Of a stretch of DNA of 64,000 nucleotides, positions 1-10,400 are shown in pieces. A program made the position numbers and the translations under genes. Every line of letters begins with the position of its first letter. Positions within the stretch are counted from its first letter, which is position 1. Source of the DNA: Candidatus Poribacteria bacterium (GTDB lineage Bacteria > Poribacteria > WGA-4E > WGA-3G). The notes under the pieces were generated by a model. The model searched no databases. It saw only the letters and a program-made list of their open reading frames with translations, and was not told the DNA's origin. The stretch lies in the NCBI GenBank assembly GCA_964291315.2, contig OZ219753.1:608001-672000 (forward strand), given 5' to 3'.

Positions 1-252
1 TTGGGCATCTGATGGGCTTCGACCTGCCATTTGCAGATGAAGTGGCGATGCTACAAACGTGTTTGTTCCAATTACCTCAGCACCCGCGTTGATGTAATTC
101 GAATGAATGTCAATAACAGTAGCAGCGTGTAGCTCATTGGCAAGTGCACTATTTGCAAGTTCTATACTGCGCGTGAACAACTGCGAACCGAATCCGCCGT
201 CACACAAAATTGGTTTGTCAGCATTTAATCTGTCTTGAAAAGAAGTTTTCAC
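1..252 (-). CDS. Homocysteine S-methyltransferase family protein, 5' part (runs off the window edge)
   Basis: Not in the ORF track. Manual translation from GTG at 252: VKTSFQDRLNADKPILCDGGFGSQLF...IHSNYINAGAEVIGTNTF, matching the DG(G/A)xG and AGAxxIxTNTF motifs of the Hcy-binding barrel. Abuts the upstream stop at 253. Confidence 0.85.
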   Translation of the reverse strand, partial: MKTSFQDRLNADKPILCDGGFGSQLFTRSIELANSALANELHAATVIDIHSNYINAGAEVIGTNTFVASPLHLQMAGRSPSDAQ

Positions 253-2184
253 TTACGTTTCGTCTCCATGTTTCTTGTTGCGCCCGTATGTGAATCTCAC
301 CGGCATGGGTTTGAATTGACAACCTTCTACGAATACATCAAAGAAATCGGGCGTAGTCTCCAATTCAACGTGCTCAATATTCTTAACGAGTGCTTCGATA
401 TAGGTGCGTTTTTTGCCGGAAAGGAGTACCGCAGTTGCCCCAGCTGCAGCAGCGTTGCCAATTTTGACGACATTCGCCTCTGGAGCAGGTGCTAGGAATC
501 CGATATCAACAGCGTCTTGTCTGTCAACGTAATTGGCGAACCCGCCCGCTAGAAAGAGGGTGGTAATTTCTTCTGGAGCGCAACCGAAGTGCCTTAAAAC
601 AATATATTGCCCGCAATAGTTTGCAGCTTTCGCTTGTGCCAGATTACTAGCATCCTCGCGCGAGAACGTAATACCGTATTCTGGCAAGACAGATATAACA
701 CGTTGCTTTCTGTCTGAAAAAACCCCCTTCGGACTCATCAGATCATTTCGCCGGAGTTCTGCGAGAAGCGAAATCAATCCGGAACCGCATAGACCTTGCG
801 GAGTCTCTCCATCAACTGTATCACAATTAAATTGATGACCATCCCATTTTACGGACTCAATAGCACCGGGATAAGCGGGCATTCCGTATTCAATGCCGCC
901 GCCTTCAAATGCTGGGCCAGCCGGACAGGATGCTGCGACCATCCGCTTTGCGTTTCCAACGACTACCTCCGTGTTTGTCCCGACATCAACTAACATGATG
1001 ACCTCATCTACTGCCGGTATGTCAATCGAGACCAAATCAGCGGCAACATCTGCTCCAACGTGGCTTGCGATTAAGGGTAGACTAGACACCATCGCTTTCG
1101 GATTCGCGCGGATACCTAACCGACGTGTCTTTTCAGTCAGAGAAGTGGTTGAACGGATGCCGTCCCGGTACTCATGCTCAATCAGAGATTTATACGGTTT
1201 TTGTCCAATGCTCTGGACATCCTGTTTAAAGAAAATATCGCGCATTGTTGTATTACCGACAACGACGATCTCATAAATCTCCTGTCGGGCAAAATTATGA
1301 CGAGTACACATTTTCATGATTTCGCTGTTCAAGGCGGCGATCAAGGAACGGCGCAGCTCTCCATGAAATTCACCATCATAACTGATTCTATTCATAATAT
1401 CGCTGCCACCAAAACGCTGTGGATTTTCAAAGGAACTGACAGAAACGGTTTCCGCATTCTCTAAATCCACGAGATTTACCACTACGGTTGTTGTCCCAAT
1501 GTCTATGGCTAACCCATAAAGGTGTCCTCGGTAGCGATCAATAGCTTCGTTATCGTAATAGACAACGGCATCGCGATGGGTGACCCGTGGATCGAGTCCC
1601 GGCGTTTCATTGTTATTCGTAACTGCCCGGGTCAAAATCCTCGGTGTGCGCCGAAGAGGTGTAAATTCAATGTCTTTATCGACATCCAGGACAACAGCTT
1701 GGCAAGCGAGACGGTAGTTATCTCGGAGGAAATTTTCCGCTTCGCTCGGTGGCTGGATGGAGTCCATCCCACGTTTGATTTCAACAATGCATTCATGGCA
1801 TTGTCCAGTTCGAAAACAAGAGGTAGGTACCTGTACGGCTAAATCGTCTGCGTAATCAAAAATCGTTTTTCCGGGGGTGAGTTGATAAGATTTCCCGTTA
1901 CATGTAATCGTGCCGGCACTGTGTGCTCCTGCTTCTTCGCCTGGATCGTCAATCTCCCACGCGCTTCGATAATCCAATTTATCGTCGCCGGCACAGAGAA
2001 GTCCCGTTCCTTCATCAATTTTTCTCTGATTTTGACAACCAAATTTCGCTGTGCAGTGGTCAAAGCGGTTTTTGTAGGGGCATCGGTAGGTGGCTTGAGC
2101 ATCTGCGTGGACAACCAATCCCTCGAATATCTCGGTGATTTTATTCAGGCGTTTTTCGTATTCCGTTTTGTCTATCTTTTTCAT
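253..2184 (-). CDS. ASKHA/RACo reductive activator of corrinoid proteins with [2Fe-2S] domain and a Cys-rich N-terminal extension
   Basis: 2Fe-2S motif (CxxxGxCxxC...RLACQ), AIDIGTTT, NPQRFGGSDIMNRI, DVGTNTE, SCPAGPAFEG, GLCGSG, LAGGFA, GNAA. Start moved to ATG 2184 (MKKIDK); the track start is 2322. Confidence 0.9.
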   Translation of the reverse strand: MKKIDKTEYEKRLNKITEIFEGLVVHADAQATYRCPYKNRFDHCTAKFGCQNQRKIDEGTGLLCAGDDKLDYRSAWEIDDPGEEAGAHSAGTITCNGKSYQLTPGKTIFDYADDLAVQVPTSCFRTGQCHECIVEIKRGMDSIQPPSEAENFLRDNYRLACQAVVLDVDKDIEFTPLRRTPRILTRAVTNNNETPGLDPRVTHRDAVVYYDNEAIDRYRGHLYGLAIDIGTTTVVVNLVDLENAETVSVSSFENPQRFGGSDIMNRISYDGEFHGELRRSLIAALNSEIMKMCTRHNFARQEIYEIVVVGNTTMRDIFFKQDVQSIGQKPYKSLIEHEYRDGIRSTTSLTEKTRRLGIRANPKAMVSSLPLIASHVGADVAADLVSIDIPAVDEVIMLVDVGTNTEVVVGNAKRMVAASCPAGPAFEGGGIEYGMPAYPGAIESVKWDGHQFNCDTVDGETPQGLCGSGLISLLAELRRNDLMSPKGVFSDRKQRVISVLPEYGITFSREDASNLAQAKAANYCGQYIVLRHFGCAPEEITTLFLAGGFANYVDRQDAVDIGFLAPAPEANVVKIGNAAAAGATAVLLSGKKRTYIEALVKNIEHVELETTPDFFDVFVEGCQFKPMPVRFTYGRNKKHGDET

Positions 2185-2311
2185 ATTTTGACCGTTATTA
2201 GTTAAGAGACTTTTCGTTCCAATCTGCACTTGCTTGGAGTGACAGGCAATAAATTGCAACAAAGAAAACCTTTTAACCGATAACTGATAGTTGTCAAGCA
2301 ATAGCTGTCTA

Positions 2312-3067
2312 CTATCCCTCATTTTCTTCTAAAAGGAACTGTTTAGCTAAGGCGACACAGGCGAGAGCATCCTTACCGTATCCATCAGCTCCCATATCAT
2401 CAGCGAATATCTGCGTGACAGGGGCACCACCTACCATAATTTTTACGTCTTCCCGCAAGTCCTCGTCAATGAAGGCATCAATTGTTTTTCCCATATTCGG
2501 CATTGTCGTTGTCAGGAGAGCGGACATACCCAAAATAGGGGCTTTGTATGCTTCAACCGCTTCAATGAATTCATCCTCAGAGGTATCGACCCCCAAATCG
2601 TGTACGACGAAACCGGCACCGCGGAGCATCATGATACACAGATTTTTGCCGATATCATGGAGGTCCCCCTTGACAGTACCCATGATCACAGTGCTGATTG
2701 GGTCAATGCCTGAGTCGGAGAGAATGGGTTCTATATGTTCCATACCGGCTTTCATTGCGCGTGCACAAGCTAAGACCTCAGGCACAAAAATGAAGTTCTC
2801 GCGGAACTTGATGCCGACGATACCCATGCCAGCGATAAGCCCATCATCCATAATCTCTAATGCTTCCGTTCCGTCTGCCAGGGCTGCCGCCGTCAATTCA
2901 TCAACAGTATGATGGTCACCATCGATAAGCGCGGCGGCGATGTCTTGCATAGCTGCGTTCGCTTGTGCAAACCTTTCAACAGTTAATTCTATTTCATCGG
3001 GCAGTTCGATGTACTCTTCAATTTCTTCTCGGATCAATTCATTTGCGATGTCATTAATAGATGCCAC
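2312..3067 (-). CDS. Corrinoid (B12-binding) protein
   Basis: Cap domain (GLIAGMGIVG..F....IFVPEVL) plus GDLHDIGKNL (DxHxxG), SALLTTT and MVGGAPVT. Probable GTG start at 3067 after GGAGG. Confidence 0.93.
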   Translation of the reverse strand: MASINDIANELIREEIEEYIELPDEIELTVERFAQANAAMQDIAAALIDGDHHTVDELTAAALADGTEALEIMDDGLIAGMGIVGIKFRENFIFVPEVLACARAMKAGMEHIEPILSDSGIDPISTVIMGTVKGDLHDIGKNLCIMMLRGAGFVVHDLGVDTSEDEFIEAVEAYKAPILGMSALLTTTMPNMGKTIDAFIDEDLREDVKIMVGGAPVTQIFADDMGADGYGKDALACVALAKQFLLEENEG

Positions 3068-3204
3068 GTGTTTTGAATTCCTCCTCAGAAAACATAAGAT
3101 ACCACAGACAGAGAAAAATAGCAATGAATTTCGTGAACGCCAACACAGTCAGTGTGCCCCATGATTTCTAGGAATGTTCATATATTGGGTCGGATCAGTT
3201 CTTC

Positions 3205-4251
3205 CTAATTCTTCTCGCGGTACTCTTGCAAGAGAGTGTTAATTTTGTCAAGAAAGGTTTGGGAATAAATTTGACCCACCAATGCGCTGTGGGTTTCCGC
3301 GGCAATGACATCCCATGCTTTTCGAGAATCTTCATCGAATTCTACTACCTCAATCCCGGCCTTCTTCTGAAGTGCGTCAAGTGCCCTATCATTATCCTTG
3401 CGGATATTCTGAATTAAATCGCCCTGAAACGCTTTGGCGACTTCGCGCACAACCTTCTGTTGTTCTGGCGAGAGTTGATCAAATTTCTCTCTTGTCATGA
3501 CTGTAGCCCCGATCCCGACGTTAACTGGAAGATCGCTCATGTACTTAAATTTATCATACCATTGCAGCGCAACAGCGACATAGGGGGAGGCAACTATAGT
3601 GTTGATCTGGCCTGAGTAGAGGGACGGTAGGACTTGTGTAACTTCCCTTGGTACGGTTGCGATCTCCGCGTTTTCGTAAAATTCGAGGGCAATTTTGTCA
3701 CTCGTACGCGCCCACATCTTTACATCGGCGGACTGAAGATCGGCAATAGTGCGGATAGGGCGATTGCTAAAAATAAAATAATAGCCGATGTCCCCCATAC
3801 CCAGCAAAATGTATCCAGCCTCCATAAAGGCTTTTTCAAGATCCGCCTGAAGATAGTCGCGCACATAGTCAAGTTCATCGTAGGTTTTGAACATTCGAGG
3901 GAGTTGAAAAATTAGGACCTCTTCTTGTATTTCACCGAGGCCGGTAGCTGTCATAGCTCCTGCGTGGATTAGGCCCGCGCGCATCTTTCGGACAACATCG
4001 AGCTCGTCTCCCTGAACCCCATTTGGATAGATACGAAGCCGAAGCTTACCGCCCGTTTTTGCACGAATCTCTTTTCCCATCGCTTCAAAGTTGTTCATCC
4101 AGGTTGACCCCTTCGGGGCGAGGGTTGCAAACTTAATGGACTCAGCGGCGAGATATGTTAGCGGTAAACAGAGCATCCCTAAACAGATCAGAAACATTCT
4201 CAGAAACCTAGCCGCGTGTATCTTAGAGTCTATTTTCTTCTCTTGCATCAT
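3205..4251 (-). CDS. dctP: TRAP transporter substrate-binding protein DctP (TatP type)
   Basis: IKFATLAPKGSTW, YPNGVQGDE..VVRKMRAG, ALQWY motifs; signal peptide; overlaps the upstream TatT-like gene. Confidence 0.88.
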   Translation of the reverse strand: MMQEKKIDSKIHAARFLRMFLICLGMLCLPLTYLAAESIKFATLAPKGSTWMNNFEAMGKEIRAKTGGKLRLRIYPNGVQGDELDVVRKMRAGLIHAGAMTATGLGEIQEEVLIFQLPRMFKTYDELDYVRDYLQADLEKAFMEAGYILLGMGDIGYYFIFSNRPIRTIADLQSADVKMWARTSDKIALEFYENAEIATVPREVTQVLPSLYSGQINTIVASPYVAVALQWYDKFKYMSDLPVNVGIGATVMTREKFDQLSPEQQKVVREVAKAFQGDLIQNIRKDNDRALDALQKKAGIEVVEFDEDSRKAWDVIAAETHSALVGQIYSQTFLDKINTLLQEYREKN

Positions 4252-5156
4252 TCAGTTCCTCCTTCTTCCATTTCCAAATCAAAAAGCATATCAATCTGGT
4301 CAAGCCATCGTTCTGCGCGCGATTTCGCCAAGGCGGTCGCGGCTTCCTCACCAGGGAAAATGTCCGAAGGTGCGTCAAGCACTTCCTGCAAAGCCTGCCT
4401 GTAGAGTTCTGCGTCCTGCTTAGGATAGGCATAATAGCGCGCGAGGTAAAATTTGCTCATCAGGAATTTGCCATCATTAATTTCATTTACACGCTCGATG
4501 TGTTCCTTCGCCTTCTCTGGATCACCACCGATGGACGTTGATCGGTCACCGTAATAGACTGCGTAGAACAGATGCGCGCTGCCAAAATAGAAAGTTTCAT
4601 CTAACTCAAGTACGCGTTGCATCATCAGTTCGACCCGAACTAAGTCAATTACTTCCATTGGATCGTCCTTCTGGAGGCTAATGCCGCGAGCTACGGCGTA
4701 CGCTGCCCAAAACAGCGGTTCCACCTGCTTTTTCTTAAGGGTCTGAAGTGCTTTCTCGAATACAGGGATATTGACAGTTCTCGGTTCTCTGAACGCCCTA
4801 TTAGATTTCGCGAGCACTTTGAAGGCGTATCCCTCAGCCTGCTTGTAGTGGTCAATGGCCTGTGTACGCATTTCCAACGCAATTTCATAGGCTCCATTGA
4901 TCTCAGCTTCCTCCATTCTATCCTCAAGAAACCCGGCGTACGATGAATGAGCGCGGGCGGTTTTAATAATGAGTCCTGTATTCCCAAACCTAGCGAGTCG
5001 GTCAAGTGTACCGAGGTTACCTTCTAGGGTAGACTCTACAACAGTTAGATTGCCTTCACTCTGAATCCCAGACAGCTTGGCGAGCCCACACCCTCCAAGG
5101 AGTATCAAAAGAAATAGTAAAACGGGTAGACAAAAACAAGGTTTATTGCATATCAT
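4248..5156 (-). CDS. TRAP transporter TatT component (TPR-like lipoprotein)
   Basis: Lipobox LGGC; LFWAAY, LELDETFYFGSAHLFY, GGDPEKAKEH and ARYYA motifs typical of TatT; directly upstream of dctP. Confidence 0.85.
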   Translation of the reverse strand: MICNKPCFCLPVLLFLLILLGGCGLAKLSGIQSEGNLTVVESTLEGNLGTLDRLARFGNTGLIIKTARAHSSYAGFLEDRMEEAEINGAYEIALEMRTQAIDHYKQAEGYAFKVLAKSNRAFREPRTVNIPVFEKALQTLKKKQVEPLFWAAYAVARGISLQKDDPMEVIDLVRVELMMQRVLELDETFYFGSAHLFYAVYYGDRSTSIGGDPEKAKEHIERVNEINDGKFLMSKFYLARYYAYPKQDAELYRQALQEVLDAPSDIFPGEEAATALAKSRAERWLDQIDMLFDLEMEEGGTE

Positions 5157-5233
5157 AGGTTTAAATTTGCCTCCTACACGTGCTATATGTTTTTACTATA
5201 GCCACTATGAAACCACCACAATGCTCCATCCTA

Positions 5234-6073
5234 TTAATGGTAGAGAAACAGCGGGACTGTTGTCTCTTGAATCAGATGTTGTGTAACACTGCCGACGAAG
5301 AATTCGCGAACACTTTTTCTGCCGTAAGATCCCATTACCAACATGTCAATGTCATTTTCGGTGATGTAGGATTTGACGACGGTATCAGGATGTCCACTTT
5401 GTATGACAAGTTTCGGCTTAATACCGTAACTCTCAAAGAATCCCGCCAGATTTTCTAGGAGTGTCTGCCCCGCTTCAGTATCATTATTAACAGTGAGTAG
5501 CGTTATGTCACAGGCGTTCCATATACCGAGAAGGAGAAACATTTGTACTGTCTTGGAAGCGGGGGCACTGTTATCATAAGCGACAAGGACTTTCTCAATT
5601 TTCCGGACTGAATCGGGGACAGCCAAAACGGGAGCAAGACCGTTCTTCAATATCCGTTCAAGCGTTCCATACGTTTCGTTGGCTGTATGCTCAAAGAAGG
5701 TCCGTTTCCCCATCAGAATAAAATCGTGGAATTTGGACTCCTCAATAATCTCGGAGAAAGGTCTGCCGGTAGCGGCATGTAAAACAGCCCTCACTTGTCG
5801 TTCTTCACAGATACGGGCAAAATCGTCAAGAATCGATTTTGCTTTCTCTTCCGTCTCCGCTAACTTCTGGTCTTCAAGTTGTACGTCATAATGTGTGCTA
5901 CCGATTGGTACTGGACCGCTTGAAGATCTAATCCCGGGAAGGTCAATGATAACGACACCGGTAATCAATGTGTTGTAAGTACGCGCAAATTGACAGGCAT
6001 ACTCTATTGCTGCTTGCGCGTAAGGGGACCCATCTAAACCGAGTAAAATTTTGGAAAAACTTGAATGTTTCAT
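5234..6073 (-). CDS. Universal stress protein (tandem Usp domains)
   Basis: KILLGLDGSP, VLVAYDNS, DMLVMGSYG...FFVGSVTQHLI. Confidence 0.92.
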   Translation of the reverse strand: MKHSSFSKILLGLDGSPYAQAAIEYACQFARTYNTLITGVVIIDLPGIRSSSGPVPIGSTHYDVQLEDQKLAETEEKAKSILDDFARICEERQVRAVLHAATGRPFSEIIEESKFHDFILMGKRTFFEHTANETYGTLERILKNGLAPVLAVPDSVRKIEKVLVAYDNSAPASKTVQMFLLLGIWNACDITLLTVNNDTEAGQTLLENLAGFFESYGIKPKLVIQSGHPDTVVKSYITENDIDMLVMGSYGRKSVREFFVGSVTQHLIQETTVPLFLYH

Positions 6074-6205
6074 CGTAGGAATTCCTCCTTTGCGGTTTTA
6101 CTAGTGCGCCTATAGGGCAAAATTCAGAAGAAATATATTGCATAGCGCACTGATCGTAATCCCATTTTAATGCTTTAATATAGCTTGTATTCGGAAACCG
6201 GCAAG

Positions 6206-7309
6206 CTATGCCGTAAAGGGTAAAAGCGCAATCGTACCACTGACTTTGCCTTCTAATGTCTCAATTTGAACGCGGCTGCCAGCTTCGGTAACTGCCATCC
6301 GAACGTAAGCCATTGCGATCGGTTTTCCGAGCGTTGGGGCGAAGGTGGTACTGGTGATCCAACCGACTTCTTTATCGCCATCGAAAACGCTCGCCCCTTG
6401 GCGGGTCTCAGCTGATGCAGGACTGCCCTCAATTTCAATACCACGCAATAGGCGGTTGGGATGTCCTCGATATTTCATCCTCGCGATAATTTCCTGCCCA
6501 ATATAGCATCCCTTTTCGAAGTCAATAGCGTGTTCCAACTCCGCCTCAAGCGGGATGACAGTATTGGTTAACTCCGCTCCATATCTGGGGACACCTGCCT
6601 CAATCCGGAGGGATTCAAGCGCGTTCCAACCGATAGGCTGAACGTTAAACGGGGCATCTTTACACATCAGCTTTTCCCAAAGGGATTCTAATGCCTCGGC
6701 GGGGGTGTAAAGCGTGTAACCAATCTCACCAGTGGTGTCTGTTCTCACACATACAGCATCATAGTTGAACAACGTATCCGCTTCATGAAAGTAGTTGTGG
6801 TATTCAGGTAGACCAACGAGGTTACTCATACCGAATACACACTGGACGCAGTCTGATGCCTGCGGCCCGTGAACGGCAATTGCACCGGTCTCATCGGTTA
6901 AATCAGAGATTTCAACATCGTCAGCAATTAGATATTTGTTCAATTCGTCGAAGAGGCTTTCTCTAGTCTCAGCGGAGGTGTCAATACCAATCATATCTTT
7001 GAGAATATAGACATTAAAATCGGCAATAATTTTACCTCGATGTGTTAAGAACGTAGTATATGTGCCTTGCCCTGGTGAAAGGTTTTCAACATCGTTAGAG
7101 ATGATGCGGTTCAAAAATTTTGTCCGATCCTCTCCTATTAACCGGTATCTACCGCGATAGGATACATCAGCAATGCCGACACTATTCCTCACAGCCTGAT
7201 GTTCAGAAATTGCATCGGTAAACTGTATAGCTACATCCCAATTGTTGTGCCTTTTTGAAAAAGTTGCTCCTAACCGCTTATGAATGTGATAGAGTGGTGT
7301 TGTTTTCAT
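6206..7309 (-). CDS. GcvT/YgfZ-family folate-binding aminomethyltransferase-like protein
   Basis: TTPLY..H, EH.AVR..VGIADVS, LRIEAGVP, and the YgfZ-type KGCYIGQE motif. Confidence 0.88.
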   Translation of the reverse strand: MKTTPLYHIHKRLGATFSKRHNNWDVAIQFTDAISEHQAVRNSVGIADVSYRGRYRLIGEDRTKFLNRIISNDVENLSPGQGTYTTFLTHRGKIIADFNVYILKDMIGIDTSAETRESLFDELNKYLIADDVEISDLTDETGAIAVHGPQASDCVQCVFGMSNLVGLPEYHNYFHEADTLFNYDAVCVRTDTTGEIGYTLYTPAEALESLWEKLMCKDAPFNVQPIGWNALESLRIEAGVPRYGAELTNTVIPLEAELEHAIDFEKGCYIGQEIIARMKYRGHPNRLLRGIEIEGSPASAETRQGASVFDGDKEVGWITSTTFAPTLGKPIAMAYVRMAVTEAGSRVQIETLEGKVSGTIALLPFTA

Positions 7310-7412
7310 ATTTTGTCATATTATCTTTCTTGAGGCTTGCGTTCCTGCAACCTACATTTAACAACTTGTAACATCAAACTCAGGTTATATAATATACATT
7401 TTACTAAAATTA

Positions 7413-10400
7413 CTAGAAAATACGATCCAAACGTAAAACAATTGATGGATTCTGTAAAGAGAACGAGGCATCAAGCGGTTCTGCTATCTCAAGAGCAATA
7501 CTCACAGGCGCGAGATCTTCTGGAGGATCTATAAACACGGAACAACCTACGCCAACTGAGGTTCTGAATTGTGCTGTGAGTGGGGCAGAGTCGGAAAATA
7601 GGGAATCTCCATGCCACCATACCCTACCGGCATCCAAGAAGCAGCTAAGTGTCCAACCCAATGCAGCACCGGACTCCTGGGGAAGTATCTCCTTGATAAA
7701 GCGATACTCAAGGTTAAGCAGCAACCGATTATCCCCAGCAAACCTATTGAAACCATAACCGCGCAGCGTTGCATTACCTCCAAGGTGAAGGAGCTGTTGT
7801 GTTGGCAAAGGTGCATTTGAAAGGTCACCAGCGACTCGGACATGCAGGTGATGCGGGCGGAAAAATGGCGTATAGCGTATCAATTCAAATTGATAGAGGT
7901 TGAATGCATAGTCTCCGCCTGCGATTTCCATCCCGAATCGTCCGCGCCACCCATGTTGGGTTCGCTCGTTTGCAGAAGATAGGGTATGGAAATGCTGCCG
8001 GGTCGTCGATGTATGATCCCGGGTATCAAAGGCATAAATCAGTGAGAGACCTTCCAGTTGCCCGCGATCAATCCGGGCATTACCTCGCTTGATCTGATTT
8101 CGATTTAAGTAACTCCAGTCCGTTGATTTAGAGAGGTTATCATGCGCCTCTGTTGTGAGTGCCAGCCTGAGATAGTTCCATTCCGAAGGCTCGTAGGTTA
8201 TCCACCCTTGAATGCCCTGGCGTTGGTAATAATCCTGAAGCGCGAAGCCGTAGTAGGCAGCACTCAAGGTGATATTACCGGGACGCAGAGAGGCATTCGA
8301 GCTGATGTTTGTGATCTTATACACACTTGCACCCAATCTGAGATGCCGCCGCTGAAAGAAAACTTTCTCGATGCCCCCGTAATAATTCCATATTTTACTT
8401 GAAAATCCACGGCTCACTGAACCCAAAATTTGTTCTTTACCCGTGAACTGGGTTGCGATCGTTCCGCCGGCTCCAAGCATTAATCCGTGAACACGGTTGA
8501 ATTGAAGGATCGGAAAAACGGAAGTTTTCGTGAGAGGTTGCTCCTCAATTTCGACAACCAGGATATTTTTTCGTCCGTCACGCTGAACTTGCCAGCTTTG
8601 GATAGATTTAAAGTGTTCATTTTCTGCTCTGAGTCGCTTTTGCATTAGGTCTATTTTTGATTGTCCGAGGGTAGCATGGTAAATATCAGGACCCTGTGAA
8701 CCGCGTTTTCCATCGGCATTTGTCGTCTTTATATTAAGTGCAGACAAAAGTTCGGTACGAGATATCCGGGTGTTTCCAACGAAACGAACTTCGTGCAATG
8801 TCCCCTCATTAATGCTAAATGTAAGCACATCGTTAGCGAATTCATAGGTAACTGTAGCGAATTCATATCCTCGGTTCACATAGAAATCAGCAATCAGCTG
8901 TTGCTTCAAACGAACGGTATCAACTGCAAGATAGCCACTATCTAATTGAAACCACCGCTTGATAAATGTAGATGGAAAGGTTCTGTTTCCCTTAATTTTA
9001 ACATGACGGGCAAATATTACCGGAGCTTCTGTAACTTGAATAAGTACGCCTATGGCAGTAAGGGTGCCAGATTCCTCATTATCGATAGCATCAATAGTTC
9101 CTTGTTTCGTTTCCAAACGGACTTCTTGAAACCAGTCTCGGTCCCGTAATTCTGCAAGCAACCAAGATAGTTGTGTGCTTGTGATAATGTCTCCGGACCG
9201 AAGAGGGATTTGTTGCTGGACAACCGCAGTTGGAATTACCGCATTTCCCTCAACATCAACCGCTTTAACTCGGAATTGTACTTCAGTTGCAAAGGTTTGA
9301 GAAAAAGAGGGTGAGCGTTTTACAAAATGTAAGGCTCCCATTGCTGGAGCGATGTACTCAGAAAGTGGTGCCGCGTATACATGTGGAGAGTGGGGCCACC
9401 ACGGATGCTCGTTATCGTAGGTCGGTAACCAATAACTGTATTCTCTTTGTATGTTAGAGACGAGGTGTTCTGTACTCTTAACGGTAAGGTGTATCTTACG
9501 GTGGATGTTAAAAAGCGTTATATTTTTAGAGGAGCGCGACGTTTTCAAATTCATCTGCGGAGGTTTTTCCAGAATTTCGAGCGGGATCGCAACTTCGAGG
9601 CTCCAAAAAGTGGCGTTAATTTGTGTTCCAACTTTCGCGTTTGAGTTCCATGCTTTATTCGCTTCGAAGTCCGTCTGCAGCGTTTCCTTGTTTAAAGCAA
9701 GTTGGACATCCCGCGGGGCGAACGGGTAACAGGCCTTCCCGGGCTTGCTGACCTGCTGGTCAAAGAGCGCACGAATCGGGTTCACAACGAGGTGATAATA
9801 CCCATAGGTTTGAGGATTGGTGTCAATTAAGATTTCAATACATTCGTCCTCCCAAATAGGTGAATCGTGCTGCGTCTGCGAGATATGTGGGAGCTGCGCG
9901 TTTGAAATATGTGCCTTCACGCCAATATAAAAATTTTGTGCGTCCCACATTAAGAAAGTTTCAGTCAAATTGTTGGGTGCCTCAGTCCCGTCAGTATTCT
10001 GAAGGGGAGGGAGCGGGCTCGCTGCTTGCCACACAATTTCGGATAAATTGCCATCAATAATAGGTGGACTCGATGTTTCAGGCACGCGCTGGGCAGATTC
10101 CAGAAACAAACTCTGTTCTGTATCTGCTTGAGCACTTGCTTGATCATTGATAAGCATATTTTGTAGAAGCGAAATTGAGTCGGTAGACTTCAAACGAAAT
10201 AGAGGGCCGCCGTCGTTTACGATCGCTAGTGTCGTGTCATCCTCAAATTGTACAGGCAGATTAACAACAACTTGTTGCTTCTTGCTCTCAAGCACAGCAT
10301 CAATAGCATAACCCTCAGGAAGCCGTAGTATAATGTTTCCGTCTTGTGCGGTTATGTCCATCGGTGCTGCAACGGGGTCCAAAACAGTTAAATCAATTGT

